55,283 bases of DNA from a virus (lineage: Duplodnaviria; Caudoviricetes): the IMG/VR virus record IMGVR_UViG_3300025640_000003, positions 1-55,283 of that record; one strand, given 5' to 3'. A model generated the notes under the pieces. The model had not been told where the DNA came from. It did no database searches and saw only the letters and a list, made by a program, of their open reading frames with translations. A program made the translations under genes and the position numbers. Below are positions 30,701 through 38,647 of the stretch, piece by piece; within the stretch, counting starts at the first letter, position 1; every line of letters starts with the position of its first letter.

Positions 30701-30867
30701 TCTTTAGCTGCCCACTCCGCAGTGTCACCAAAACGGTTTTCTTGTACTGGAGCCTCTTCTCCGGGGATGTCATAAGGCATTGGGAGCATTTGGTCCGCAG
30801 CCCGTTGATTAGCCTCCTCCATTTGTGCTCGTGTCATACCAAAAGCTTCTAAGGTGTTCTCAGCCAT
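27754..30867 (-). CDS. Multidomain virion protein with an HExxH zincin-like (LPD23-type) region
   Basis: GADGKYRFEMDDS, LIHEIQHLIQAREGFAQG, GEVEAR; then DDVDAKLSSGEYVVPADVV. Confidence 0.7.
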   Translation of the reverse strand: MAENTLEAFGMTRAQMEEANQRAADQMLPMPYDIPGEEAPVQENRFGDTAEWAAKDAWEEAKRRFQVRGTEEGAAGAFPEADSGVLNTFTTGLGYAADMGLAGLEASDAAWKYSVGLASELVPGMDRNQERRFTRDVSSVPEAFAGNVFGVNAGVPLPTASQASTGVRMATGDVLDAMPEYDPTRVNIFGGLGATDPGYTQSGRKAPESTGADGKYRFEMDDSNISVVPSNVTIVQFNPRATPKIPTNSNISTLGDVMVADELFYQYPDIQNTPIVFNSSFDPSHRGSAYSNNVIALNSDFLQKPPEEFKKTLIHEIQHLIQAREGFAQGTSPENRDVLAFARGEIDSPENTQAWAEYNQDLANYRKNENLVEPLQRLKSFYESFAARNDFLLREPRMLQRVSRRLRGRDSELPVQLNLISDVEEVENILETLDSANPDHFDYLSGRVSGLLKKANSLAGDQDADILEETLNVNPVVFKPGGSSDILEYFIPTPAPSLPDLPPPGGSPDTSVLFRTYERKRGEVEARNAADRMSMTLEERLKTSPESTEDPRMPRPYQWGEPSNYNKGGLAVDEEMKTMRAEGGIKDDGMNRDPVSGNEIPAGSLAEEVRDDVDAKLSSGEYVVPADVVRFFGVEYFEKLRNKAKAGLEKMEADGRIGGEPSPMKDDLPFKDEELQTVEDTPVEMAEGGSVASTFNPQQYQPGFSFGTNQGQATGGTISKVYTNAAGEIRSILFVNGQPITPIPEGFVEATPENRASMAQEEPTQTSGDRDRDRGPRTPSVTAQGGEDGEGFGGFKLSEEDQQKLQENPLSFGMESIRGDETLNAKRLGGAGSVVAGAPGMVLGAGVGGGFELENVARARAALRVAEDQNLEGTEDYKKLREELDRELDNLSGAGKILNTIGQALGFATGENYARSAAMTPQTVQAIPTGSSSGSERQVTSGGVNYTQRSNSDDDSTYSSRVTTGSAAPSAPSVRPTARPWTGRDVTEERQSSAEKAKEARERADRAASSLGTTAAYSGTGRATGGLVQKPKKKKTK

Positions 30868-31054
30868 TAACTTTATCCCTTAGTCTTTTTAGTGCGTGAA
30901 GAGCATGAAGCTCCCCTTGGGTTCTGTAGATGTCATAAGGTTCTACAGTCTGCTCTAGGCGTTTATGCTTATCTTTAATCCGTTCGTCCAGTTCCCCTAG
31001 GAATGCTCCCCAAAGCTCTGGGTTATTCACGAACATCTTTAGCTTGCTACTCAC
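30860..31054 (-). CDS. Small conserved protein after the portal
   Basis: 64 aa, IYRTQGEL.AL..L..LRD. Confidence 0.75.
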   Translation of the reverse strand: MSSKLKMFVNNPELWGAFLGELDERIKDKHKRLEQTVEPYDIYRTQGELHALHALKRLRDKVNG

Positions 31055-33156
31055 TGCATACCTCCGGTGTTACCAGAGAAGCCTTGTTCACCCGGTGTAG
31101 GAGCCGTACCAGTGCCTATCTGACCCCCTCCGCTACCTTGGGTATCCTGAACCTGTACACCCGCTGGAGCACCCCCTGTAGCGCCTGCCTGAGGTACTGC
31201 TGGAGCACCTTCTTGAGGCATCTCAGGTTGAGGGTTTGCAGCTTGGAACTGTTTAAGGATTTCAGCCTGAACTGCAGCCTTCTGCATAGAGTTGGTTACT
31301 TTGTCTGGGTCAAGGTCCATACTCTTGGCAATCTCACGGATGATATAATCCATCTTAGCAAAAGGAGCGAGGACTGGGTTTTGTACCACACCAAGGAATT
31401 GCATAAGCCGCTGACTGCGAACTTCATTAGCCATCAAGCTTTCTGTGCCCTCAGCCTTAACCTCCAAGTCACCTTTAATTTCTTCGTCGTAGTCAAACTG
31501 CATATTGAAAGCAAAGAAGGCACGACCCAAAGGAGCTAGGAGATAGTCGTCAATGTTTTTAACTACAGTACGAATAGAGCCGTTAGCAGCGGACATCAGC
31601 ATAGAGATACCGGAAGCTGTACGACCTACACCAGAGACACCTGTTTGACCGTGAGCAAAGGAGGGGAACCCTGTGGATTCATCTGCAAGCACTCTGGCTT
31701 TGTCAAACATTTGCATATTTTCGTTAGACACGTTAGGGAACTTAGTCCCGAAGATAGCCTGACCCGGAGCACCACCTTGACGTCTAAAGACTTTGCCGGG
31801 GTAAACAGAAAGGTCTTGACCCGGAGTAAGGTTAGTTTCATCTACTTCCAAGATCAAGTTACCTGACAAAGCAGCGTTATCAACAGCCATACGCATAAAG
31901 CCATTCATAAGCAGTTGAGTGTCAGCCATGTTTTCTGCAATACCGATACCAAACATAGAGTAAGGATTAACTTCGTAAGGTACAACGTAGTAAGGAACAA
32001 TCTTAGGTGTAAAAGGGTTCATAACCAAGCGAAGTACTTGTCCGTTACAAATCCAGATGTTTACAGACAGCTCATCTTCTTTACTGAGGTTTTTAGGGAT
32101 ATCAATGTCATGGTCTTCAAGAACACTCTTATCTACGTTACCCCAAAACTCAAGAACCTCAAACCTTTCAGTGGCCACCTCTTGGTTGTCGTCTTCCATG
32201 ACCTGCTCCCACCACTCTTTCTGGAAATCTTCTCCCATAGAGACAGCAGTATCGATAGCATTATCACGAAAGAAAGGCCTACGCTTAAGCGCTCGAAGTT
32301 GAGACTTAGACATCTTATGGCGTTCAATTACGTATTCTGCTTCTTCCATATTATTGGCGTCTGGATCAGGGTAGAAGTTCCAAAGAGAGACAGAAGTAAT
32401 TTGAGGTATAGTCTTAACCTTAGGTGCGTAGTCACCCTCATCATTCCAGTTAGGGTATTCCTTGTCTACAGCAAAAGGACCTTTCATGATTCCTGTACCA
32501 AACAATGCACATTCAAAGGCTGCTGTACGTAGGTGTTTTTTACCCTTAGACTCTTCAATCTGATCGTGGATTTTCTTTTCCATCTTCTTGGCAGAGATCA
32601 TAGCAGGCTCAAAAGTAACCTGAGTTGGACCTGTACCGGGACCTGCTTTAAGGTCTTTCTCTACGGGCTGTAGAGCTACTTTAAGTCCACCAAGACGCTC
32701 TTTAAGGTCTTGCATTGTCTCCCCCGGAAGGAGAGTGGGCATTGCACCTTCAGCTTCTTTAACCTTTGGGTTAGTCTCTAGGTGTACACTTTCTTCCACC
32801 CCATCTGGCAGGGTAGTAGGGTTTACACTAAGGGGGAACTTGTTGTTCCCAAAGAGAACCTCAATGATTTGACCATAAGCAGCAAGAACTTTTGTCTTAG
32901 TTACTTTTACAAAAACTTGAGACTTTTCAGTGTCTGTAAACTGCACATCAGGGCCATAGATACCACGATAGTTACGGTAAGACTCTAGCCAACGACGCTC
33001 TTCTGTCTCCCTAGCTGTCTCTGCCTTATTAAACCGCTCTTTTACATAAGCTTCAATACGGCCAACCTTGGGGTCAACCAATTGCTCTTCTTTGGCATCT
33101 TCAACAGCTTCCATCTCGAAACCGTCTTCACCATTGAAATCTTCTTCTTCCATCAA
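31051..33156 (-). CDS. Portal protein
   Basis: 701 aa after the terminase; FGTGIMKG, NFYPDP, PYEVNPYSMFGIG, RTASGISML. Confidence 0.9.
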   Translation of the reverse strand: MMEEEDFNGEDGFEMEAVEDAKEEQLVDPKVGRIEAYVKERFNKAETARETEERRWLESYRNYRGIYGPDVQFTDTEKSQVFVKVTKTKVLAAYGQIIEVLFGNNKFPLSVNPTTLPDGVEESVHLETNPKVKEAEGAMPTLLPGETMQDLKERLGGLKVALQPVEKDLKAGPGTGPTQVTFEPAMISAKKMEKKIHDQIEESKGKKHLRTAAFECALFGTGIMKGPFAVDKEYPNWNDEGDYAPKVKTIPQITSVSLWNFYPDPDANNMEEAEYVIERHKMSKSQLRALKRRPFFRDNAIDTAVSMGEDFQKEWWEQVMEDDNQEVATERFEVLEFWGNVDKSVLEDHDIDIPKNLSKEDELSVNIWICNGQVLRLVMNPFTPKIVPYYVVPYEVNPYSMFGIGIAENMADTQLLMNGFMRMAVDNAALSGNLILEVDETNLTPGQDLSVYPGKVFRRQGGAPGQAIFGTKFPNVSNENMQMFDKARVLADESTGFPSFAHGQTGVSGVGRTASGISMLMSAANGSIRTVVKNIDDYLLAPLGRAFFAFNMQFDYDEEIKGDLEVKAEGTESLMANEVRSQRLMQFLGVVQNPVLAPFAKMDYIIREIAKSMDLDPDKVTNSMQKAAVQAEILKQFQAANPQPEMPQEGAPAVPQAGATGGAPAGVQVQDTQGSGGGQIGTGTAPTPGEQGFSGNTGGMQ

Positions 33157-35739
33157 TTAGTATCCCATAATTTTGTCAGCGGGCTGAAACTTACTATTTT
33201 GTCCTGTAGGGTCGTAGTCAAAAAGATTACTCTTAGGACGACTCATTAGGCCATATCTAAGGGCGTCATAAAGGTGATCTTCTGATTTTGTGTCTACGTC
33301 TTCAGGGTTGTTTTTATCGAGAGGTAGGGCAGGTAGTTGAGAGATAAGGTTACGACAAGTATTAAAGATCACCATCCTAGGTTCTTCTGTGTACTCATCT
33401 ACCTGAAGTCTCCTGTGTACTTCGTTCTTACCAGCAACACGAGAGCCTCTAGAGCGATCCGCAGGTCTCCAACGACAACCACGCATGATCATCTGTTCTG
33501 CCAGTGAAGGTCCTGTATCACCTCGATTGTGCCACAGAGAAGAGTCAAGAACACCGTAGCGCATTTTTTCCCCTGACTCTACTTCAAGGATCATGTCAGC
33601 TAAGTCTACTGCCGTAACCCTGTGAGTATACATCTCCCTGTATACAACCAATTGTTCTGTATGGGGTACAACAGCAAACCAAAGCACACCAGAATGAGAA
33701 CCGTAACCGTAGTCAGCAGCTCTAAACTTTGTCCAGCTAGAGGGGATGTCAAAAGGTTCTACTGTATGTATTGCAGAACTAAACTCAGAAAAGGCAGCAC
33801 CCTCAGATACGCTCCAGTCACCTTCAAGCAGTTGCCTACGTTGGTGTTCTGGGAGAGAAAGAAGGTTTGCCTCATACATCCCGTCATCAGAAAGGTGCGG
33901 GTTATCAAAGAGGGTAGCAGGAATAAACCTACGCTTAAAGAGTGGCTCACCTGCACGACTATGTCCTTTAGGCCAGCAGATAGTTTCCCCTGAGTCAATA
34001 TCGGTAGCCCAGAAAGATTCATTATAAGGTGCAGGGTCTACGAAAGTTTTTTTAACCCACGAGTGCCCACTACCGCCGGGGTTAGATGTAGCTCTTTGAT
34101 AAAGGTCTAGACCAGAACCTTTAGCAGTACGTAGACGAGACCTCATATAGTTCCAAGCAAAAGGTGTAGGCCATTGAGTCAGTTCGTCAAAACCAATCCA
34201 ACAGTTCTTATTGACAAGCCCAGACTCTGTGATATAATTATTAGATAAGTTTACAGTTAAATCATACACACTAGAAAGGGGTTCAGACAATGGCTCAACA
34301 CGAACAATGCATAATTCCAAAGGAACTTTTAATTCGCGCTGCTCTTCAGTATAGGGGTGGGTATACTTCTCAACGAGGTAACGGTTACATTCGGGAGTAC
34401 AACCCATTTCATCCAAACGGGGATCGTAGGGGCCTTGTACTTCAGCATCGACTTGTGATGGAGAGACATCTTGATCGGATACTGGACTCGAAAGAAGTGG
34501 TTCATCACATTGACAACTGCAAGAGTAATAACAACCTTGAGAACCTTCAACTTTTTGCATCCCAATCTGAACATTTGAAACATCACCACAAGACTGATGG
34601 GAACACAAAGAGGTATGACCCTCATTTTGTAGAAAAAGTCCGTCAAGCTGCAGAGGACCCAGAGGTCTCTTTAAAGTCTCTGTATGCAAGCCCTCAGACT
34701 GTCCTTGATGTTTGCAAGCTGCACGACATTGAGTGGAAGCATGGCCTTCACTTGACTGAAGAGGAGGTACGAAACGCACTGCAGGGTAGAACAACCCGAG
34801 AGGCTGCTGAGATTCTTGGATGTCATCCTCAGACACTCTACAACCGTTTTGACCATCTTCTTGAGAAAAGAAAGGCTCCGGGTTTTCTTGATTCTCAGAT
34901 TGAAGCTGTTTATAAGAAAGCCACTGAAGAGGGTATCTGTGAAACTGCGAGATACTTTGAGACAAATCGGATAACTGTTGGTAAGGCTTTGAAGAAAGCA
35001 AACCTATGGGATGACTATCAGGCTGTATCTGCTCAGATAAAAGGTGGCCGTCAGAGGAAAAAACAGAGACCTTAACACACTTCTTTTTTAGTTTTTCAGA
35101 TTTCCATAAGATTTGTTGAGGGCCTTCAAGTGTCTGTACAGACTCCCCCACTTGGAGGTCTTCAATCTTTTTTAGGTTGTTGTCACCAACTCGTACTTTA
35201 GTACCTTCAGCTACACAAAAAGCCTGACCTTGGTAACGAGAAACATCATCGTCCCTATCTAGGTAAGATAACCAGAGAGTTGCACCAGAAGGAGCCACCC
35301 AAGTTTTGTCTCTTTCAAGAAATTTAATACCCGGAATAGCTTTAGGGTAAAGTTGTTTGCTTACTGAGATAAGCTCTCTAAGTTCTTCTGTAGACCTGCG
35401 AACAAGCAACATTTTAGCTAGAGGATTATTAAAGTAACGCACTGGGTCAGCCAACATTGCGTAGCTTTTACCACCGCCAGCTGCTCCGCCATAGAGGACT
35501 TCTTGCTCACTTGAACTTAGAAAGTCTGTTTGAGGTCCGGGGTTAGGTTGGAAAATAACTTCTTGAGCTTTCTCCACACTAATTGGCACCGGGAGTGACT
35601 CAGCTGGAGTCTTTAGGCTCTCTGACTTTTCTACCACCGAGTCTGGCTTCTTCGAGCTTTTTGGCTTTTTCGAGGGCTTCTTTGTACCTTTCGGCAAGGA
35701 ACCTTTGATTTGAAGCTTCTGTCTGACGTCGTTCTTCAA
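33157..35739 (-). CDS. terL: Terminase large subunit, intein-containing (exact start uncertain)
   Basis: Walker A YGGAAGGGKS, Walker B WIGFDE, ATSNPGG, nuclease ADYG and EDHLYDALRY. Confidence 0.95.
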   Translation of the reverse strand: MKNDVRQKLQIKGSLPKGTKKPSKKPKSSKKPDSVVEKSESLKTPAESLPVPISVEKAQEVIFQPNPGPQTDFLSSSEQEVLYGGAAGGGKSYAMLADPVRYFNNPLAKMLLVRRSTEELRELISVSKQLYPKAIPGIKFLERDKTWVAPSGATLWLSYLDRDDDVSRYQGQAFCVAEGTKVRVGDNNLKKIEDLQVGESVQTLEGPQQILWKSEKLKKKCVKVSVFSSDGHLLSEQIQPDSHPIGLLSSKPYQQLSDLSQSISQFHRYPLQWLSYKQLQSENQENPEPFFSQEDGQNGCRVSEDDIQESQQPLGLFYPAVRFVPPLQSSEGHASTQCRAACKHQGQSEGLHTETLKRPLGPLQLDGLFLQNEGHTSLCSHQSCGDVSNVQIGMQKVEGSQGCYYSCSCQCDEPLLSSPVSDQDVSPSQVDAEVQGPYDPRLDEMGCTPECNRYLVEKYTHPYTEEQRELKVPLELCIVRVEPLSEPLSSVYDLTVNLSNNYITESGLVNKNCWIGFDELTQWPTPFAWNYMRSRLRTAKGSGLDLYQRATSNPGGSGHSWVKKTFVDPAPYNESFWATDIDSGETICWPKGHSRAGEPLFKRRFIPATLFDNPHLSDDGMYEANLLSLPEHQRRQLLEGDWSVSEGAAFSEFSSAIHTVEPFDIPSSWTKFRAADYGYGSHSGVLWFAVVPHTEQLVVYREMYTHRVTAVDLADMILEVESGEKMRYGVLDSSLWHNRGDTGPSLAEQMIMRGCRWRPADRSRGSRVAGKNEVHRRLQVDEYTEEPRMVIFNTCRNLISQLPALPLDKNNPEDVDTKSEDHLYDALRYGLMSRPKSNLFDYDPTGQNSKFQPADKIMGY
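34211..34240 (+). promoter_or_regulatory. Promoter for the nested HNH gene
   Basis: TTGACA 34211-34216, 16-nt spacer ending TGA, TATAAT 34233-34238. Confidence 0.8.
34290..35075 (+). CDS. HNH endonuclease with C-terminal HTH-like repeats, antisense and wholly inside the intein
   Basis: GYIREYNPFHP...QHRLVMERHLDR.L...EVVHHIDNCKSNNNLENLQL....EH...H; EAAEILGCHPQTLY; RBS GAAAGGGG 8 nt before the ATG. Confidence 0.9.
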   Translation: MAQHEQCIIPKELLIRAALQYRGGYTSQRGNGYIREYNPFHPNGDRRGLVLQHRLVMERHLDRILDSKEVVHHIDNCKSNNNLENLQLFASQSEHLKHHHKTDGNTKRYDPHFVEKVRQAAEDPEVSLKSLYASPQTVLDVCKLHDIEWKHGLHLTEEEVRNALQGRTTREAAEILGCHPQTLYNRFDHLLEKRKAPGFLDSQIEAVYKKATEEGICETARYFETNRITVGKALKKANLWDDYQAVSAQIKGGRQRKKQRP

Positions 35740-36010
35740 GCTTAACCCTATTTCTCAATCCCACGTAAGAGATACTTCTACCACTTTCATGACTTAGCCA
35801 ATCTGCCACTGCCCTAAGACTGTACTTCTTTAAGTGAGTTTTAGCTTGTTCAAGTAAGTCTAGCTCTTCTTTAATAGGTAAAAGTATATCAGGGTCATCA
35901 GGGTCTTGTTTATAACCAAAAGGGATTACCCTACCTACACGTACTACAGGGTGGTAAATGTAGTCCCCATCTAGGTTCTCAGGCTTAGGCAGTTTCCAGT
36001 CTTTTTTCAT
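35600..36010 (-). CDS. Conserved hypothetical DNA-binding protein upstream of terL
   Basis: IPFGY...SLRAVADWLS..SGRSISYVGL; ATG 36010. Confidence 0.75.
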   Translation of the reverse strand: MKKDWKLPKPENLDGDYIYHPVVRVGRVIPFGYKQDPDDPDILLPIKEELDLLEQAKTHLKKYSLRAVADWLSHESGRSISYVGLRNRVKLEERRQTEASNQRFLAERYKEALEKAKKLEEARLGGRKVREPKDSS

Positions 36011-36016
36011 ACACCT

Positions 36017-36045
36017 TTTATACCTTAAAACAAAACTTGTGTCAA
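36017..36045 (-). promoter_or_regulatory. Promoter TTGACA-N17-TATAAA (transcript possibly leaderless)
   Basis: The -10 box ends 6 nt before ATG 36010. Confidence 0.55.
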
Positions 36046-36404
36046 GAGTCCTGAGACTTTTTTTCTGGTAAAATAAACAAAGGGCTTTGAGTGCTAACTT
36101 CAACTTTGTCTGTAGCCTTAAAACCAGCACGATCAAGGAAGTCTTTAGCTACTGCCATCTTCTCTTTGTTGCCGAGGTCTGTAGGGTTATCCATAATGTC
36201 CATCATAGCCCAAACAGCTTTAGGTCCATTCTCAGAGATAAAGTTACGAGTACGGATACTAATTTCTTCACGCAGAGGCTCAACAACCTGAGAAGTAGCT
36301 ACAGTGTCTGCGTAACCTGCCATCTTCTTTGCTTGGACAAAGCTACCTTTAGCAGGCCCAAACAGTGCCTCAAGAAACATAGTCTGTTTTTCTGTAAGTG
36401 CCAT
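36042..36404 (-). CDS. Putative terminase small subunit
   Basis: LTEKQTMFL...A..MAGY, AKDFLDRAGF, LFILP. Confidence 0.65.
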   Translation of the reverse strand: MALTEKQTMFLEALFGPAKGSFVQAKKMAGYADTVATSQVVEPLREEISIRTRNFISENGPKAVWAMMDIMDNPTDLGNKEKMAVAKDFLDRAGFKATDKVEVSTQSPLFILPEKKSQDS

Positions 36405-36661
36405 TACCTATATTTCCCTGTCTTCTTAGCAATCTTTTTTGGTTGAGAGGAAAACTGCTTACCTGCTTTAGTGTCTTTACGTTTTTTAGCAGAGGTGGCT
36501 TTATACTCAGCTTTTGTCAGTGCCTCTCGTGCTTTCTTAGGGAGATACCTTTCCCCTGTAGCTTTAGAGCCTTGAGTAGAAGGTTTACCTGACTTAGTTC
36601 CCCACTGTTCTTTGTGCCATTTGTCGAGAGACTTTTGAGGTGCTTTCTTAGCCATTACCAT
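36404..36661 (-). CDS. Small basic protein (DUF5872-like)
   Basis: QKSLDKW.KEQWGTKSGKPS...GERYLP. Confidence 0.7.
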   Translation of the reverse strand: MVMAKKAPQKSLDKWHKEQWGTKSGKPSTQGSKATGERYLPKKAREALTKAEYKATSAKKRKDTKAGKQFSSQPKKIAKKTGKYR

Positions 36662-37094
36662 AATACCCTTTAGTTTTTAAATACTTTTTAGCTCTGCCCA
36701 AAACTTTTGGGTCGTCTTTCAGTAAACCTAAAGCTCTGTTACAAGTCTTACAGAGGATACCTCTAACCTCACCTGTGGAGTGGTTATGATCAATTGCAGA
36801 GTCTTCTGCCTTAATAGGGTCTTCACAAATAGGGCAGGTACCATCTTGATCTTCGTACAAAGACCAAAAGTTTTCAACAGAAATGTTATGTCGGTTACAA
36901 CGTTTTTTAAGTGTCCAAGGGTCTTTAGCCCTATACTGACGAACTTTATCTGGATTGTTCTTGACCCAAGACTTATGGTCTTTTTTGCGACAATTATTAC
37001 ACCAACTATTTAAGAGGTGTTTTTGAGAGCCTCCCCGTGACCTATAACAACTTAAGTCTCTGACCTCTTTACACTTTGTGCAGGTTTTAGTCAC
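36648..37094 (-). CDS. Endonuclease VII-family (putative homing) endonuclease
   Basis: QDGTCPIC, IDHNHSTGEVRGILCKTCNRALG; N-terminal Zn ribbon. Confidence 0.88.
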   Translation of the reverse strand: MTKTCTKCKEVRDLSCYRSRGGSQKHLLNSWCNNCRKKDHKSWVKNNPDKVRQYRAKDPWTLKKRCNRHNISVENFWSLYEDQDGTCPICEDPIKAEDSAIDHNHSTGEVRGILCKTCNRALGLLKDDPKVLGRAKKYLKTKGYYGNG

Positions 37095-37263
37095 GGTACT
37101 TACCGCCTTTAGCTTTATACTCTTTAGCTAGCATCGCAGCTTTTCTGGCCGACCACTGCCCAGCTTTACCACCCTTACTGCCTGCCTTAATCTTATTGAA
37201 AAGATTCTTACGCATTGTAGGCTTAGTGTAGTTGCCAGCTTCGTTTACTTTTGATTTTGTCAT
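37087..37263 (-). CDS. Small basic protein (58 aa, DUF5872-like; not in ORF track)
   Basis: NYTKPTMRK....IKAGSKGGKAGQWSARKA.MLAKEYK..GG.Y. Confidence 0.8.
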   Translation of the reverse strand: MTKSKVNEAGNYTKPTMRKNLFNKIKAGSKGGKAGQWSARKAAMLAKEYKAKGGKYRD

Positions 37264-37266
37264 TTT

Positions 37267-37611
37267 TTACCCTACCGGAATAAACATTTCTTCTGCAGTG
37301 CAAAGGGCATCAACATCAACTGTAGAACCTGTACAAGTGAAGACTAATTGATCTCCGGGTTCAAGTACAATGTAACCATCAGACAGTTGCAAAGACTCTC
37401 CAGTCGAAAAGTTTTTACCAGCTACAATATAAAAGTAAGAGTCAGACTCAGCCTTATAGATTTCAAAAGTAATAGTTACGTTACCATTAACATTAACAAT
37501 ATAGACCAGAGGAATCTTTGCACGGCAGTTGGGAGGGCAAGTATAAAAGGTAGTACGAGTTGCACTAACCTCACACTTAACAATAGGTGTCCTTGCCCTC
37601 ACTTCTTTCAT
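37267..37611 (-). CDS. Hypothetical structural protein
   Basis: 114 aa, beta-rich; FYTCP, IVLEPGD. Confidence 0.7.
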   Translation of the reverse strand: MKEVRARTPIVKCEVSATRTTFYTCPPNCRAKIPLVYIVNVNGNVTITFEIYKAESDSYFYIVAGKNFSTGESLQLSDGYIVLEPGDQLVFTCTGSTVDVDALCTAEEMFIPVG

Positions 37612-38246
37612 TTCTTAGTGCCTTTTTGAGTAGGTTTCATGGATGCACCACAGTTAGCTTTAACCATGCCGCCTTTAGCGTAGCCACGAGCAGCAGAACC
37701 ACCGGGACGAGTACGACGAGAGGTTGTAGTGTTACCAGAAGTACCCTCAAGCATTTTTCGAGCCGCGCCACGGTTATTTGGCAAGCCCAGCTCTCTGCGT
37801 TGTGCAGGTGACATTCTTGCCCAATCTTCAAGAGTTACATCTTTTAGATTTCTAGGTGTTGCAGGGCTATTGTTAGGCCGTGAAGTTGGACCTGAAGAAG
37901 ACCTTGAAGTCCGACTTGCACCGGGTGCGTTACGAGGGCGTGAAGTTGGGCCTGAAGAAGTTGTTGAAGTTCTACTTGCACCCGGTGCGTTACGAGGGCG
38001 TGAAGTTGGGCCCTTACGAGAGTTATTCTCATCTTCACCGCGTTGAATAGCACGTTGGGCACGAGTTACAACTTCATCCCGAGCACGAGGTCTTTCAGAG
38101 GTTCTAGGTGCCTGACGAGTCCCTGTCTCTTCTTTGTAGTTAGTTGAATAGGAGTTACCCTTCCAAGTAAAAGTTTTACCTTTACCTTTTTCTTTTCGAG
38201 CAGCAGCAAATGCCTTACCAAAGCTCATATCGTCATATCCAGCCAT
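37608..38246 (-). CDS. Basic low-complexity protein
   Basis: SFGKAFAAARK...FTWKG.SYST; R/S/P-rich repeats; C-terminal YAKGG. Confidence 0.75.
   Translation of the reverse strand: MAGYDDMSFGKAFAAARKEKGKGKTFTWKGNSYSTNYKEETGTRQAPRTSERPRARDEVVTRAQRAIQRGEDENNSRKGPTSRPRNAPGASRTSTTSSGPTSRPRNAPGASRTSRSSSGPTSRPNNSPATPRNLKDVTLEDWARMSPAQRRELGLPNNRGAARKMLEGTSGNTTTSRRTRPGGSAARGYAKGGMVKANCGASMKPTQKGTKK
37879..38012. repeat. 60-bp in-frame tandem repeat (about 2.2 copies)
   Basis: CGTGAAGTTGG at 37879, 37939 and 37999; encodes GPTSRPRNAPGASRTS. Confidence 0.85.
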
Positions 38247-38257
38247 TATTCAGTTCC

Positions 38258-38647
38258 TTATAGCCATACCCGTGCAGGGTTGTTAGGTGTTACACCGTGT
38301 GTTTCGTTTAGCGCCTCAACAGTGTCCCGCATAGCGTCACCAATCAGCCTGATGTTCACATGCCAACCGTCCAGCGGGGCTTGTTCGGGGTACTCGTTGC
38401 CATCGTCGTCGGTCAGCATGTTGCCTGTGGGCCGATAGATCACACCTACCACGTCAATGGCGTAGTCAGCGGTGTGCGGCACAAGGTACGGGTTGCCTTC
38501 AACCTGTGTGCTTTCCTCGCCAGTCTCAGGGTCAACGATGGTCGTGTAGTCCTGCTTGTAGAAAGCACTCAGCGCCGTTGGCATGTCAGCCTCAGACGCC
38601 AGCTTCAGGAAGAAGTCGTTGCGGGGTGCTGTGGGTTCTTCGGTCAT
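38258..38647 (-). CDS. Hypothetical protein associated with the fibre/spike gene
   Basis: IDVVGVIYRPTG...GWHVNIR...P.RVW. Confidence 0.75.
   Translation of the reverse strand: MTEEPTAPRNDFFLKLASEADMPTALSAFYKQDYTTIVDPETGEESTQVEGNPYLVPHTADYAIDVVGVIYRPTGNMLTDDDGNEYPEQAPLDGWHVNIRLIGDAMRDTVEALNETHGVTPNNPARVWL

Larger units (their letters stand above)
34204..35217 (-). mobile_element. Intein (338 aa; residues 175-512 of the listed ORF) inserted just before Walker B
   Basis: YQGQAF|CVAEGTKV...KKIEDLQVGESV (block A), PDSHP (block B His), VYDLTV (block F), GLVNKN|CWIGFDE (terminal Asn, +1 Cys); removal restores YQGQAFCWIGFDE. Confidence 0.92.

Noticed and set aside
35600-35739. Programmed frameshift fusing the upstream ORF to TerL
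   Set aside because: The overlap is real, but I found no canonical slippery heptamer and the TerL start is simply uncertain
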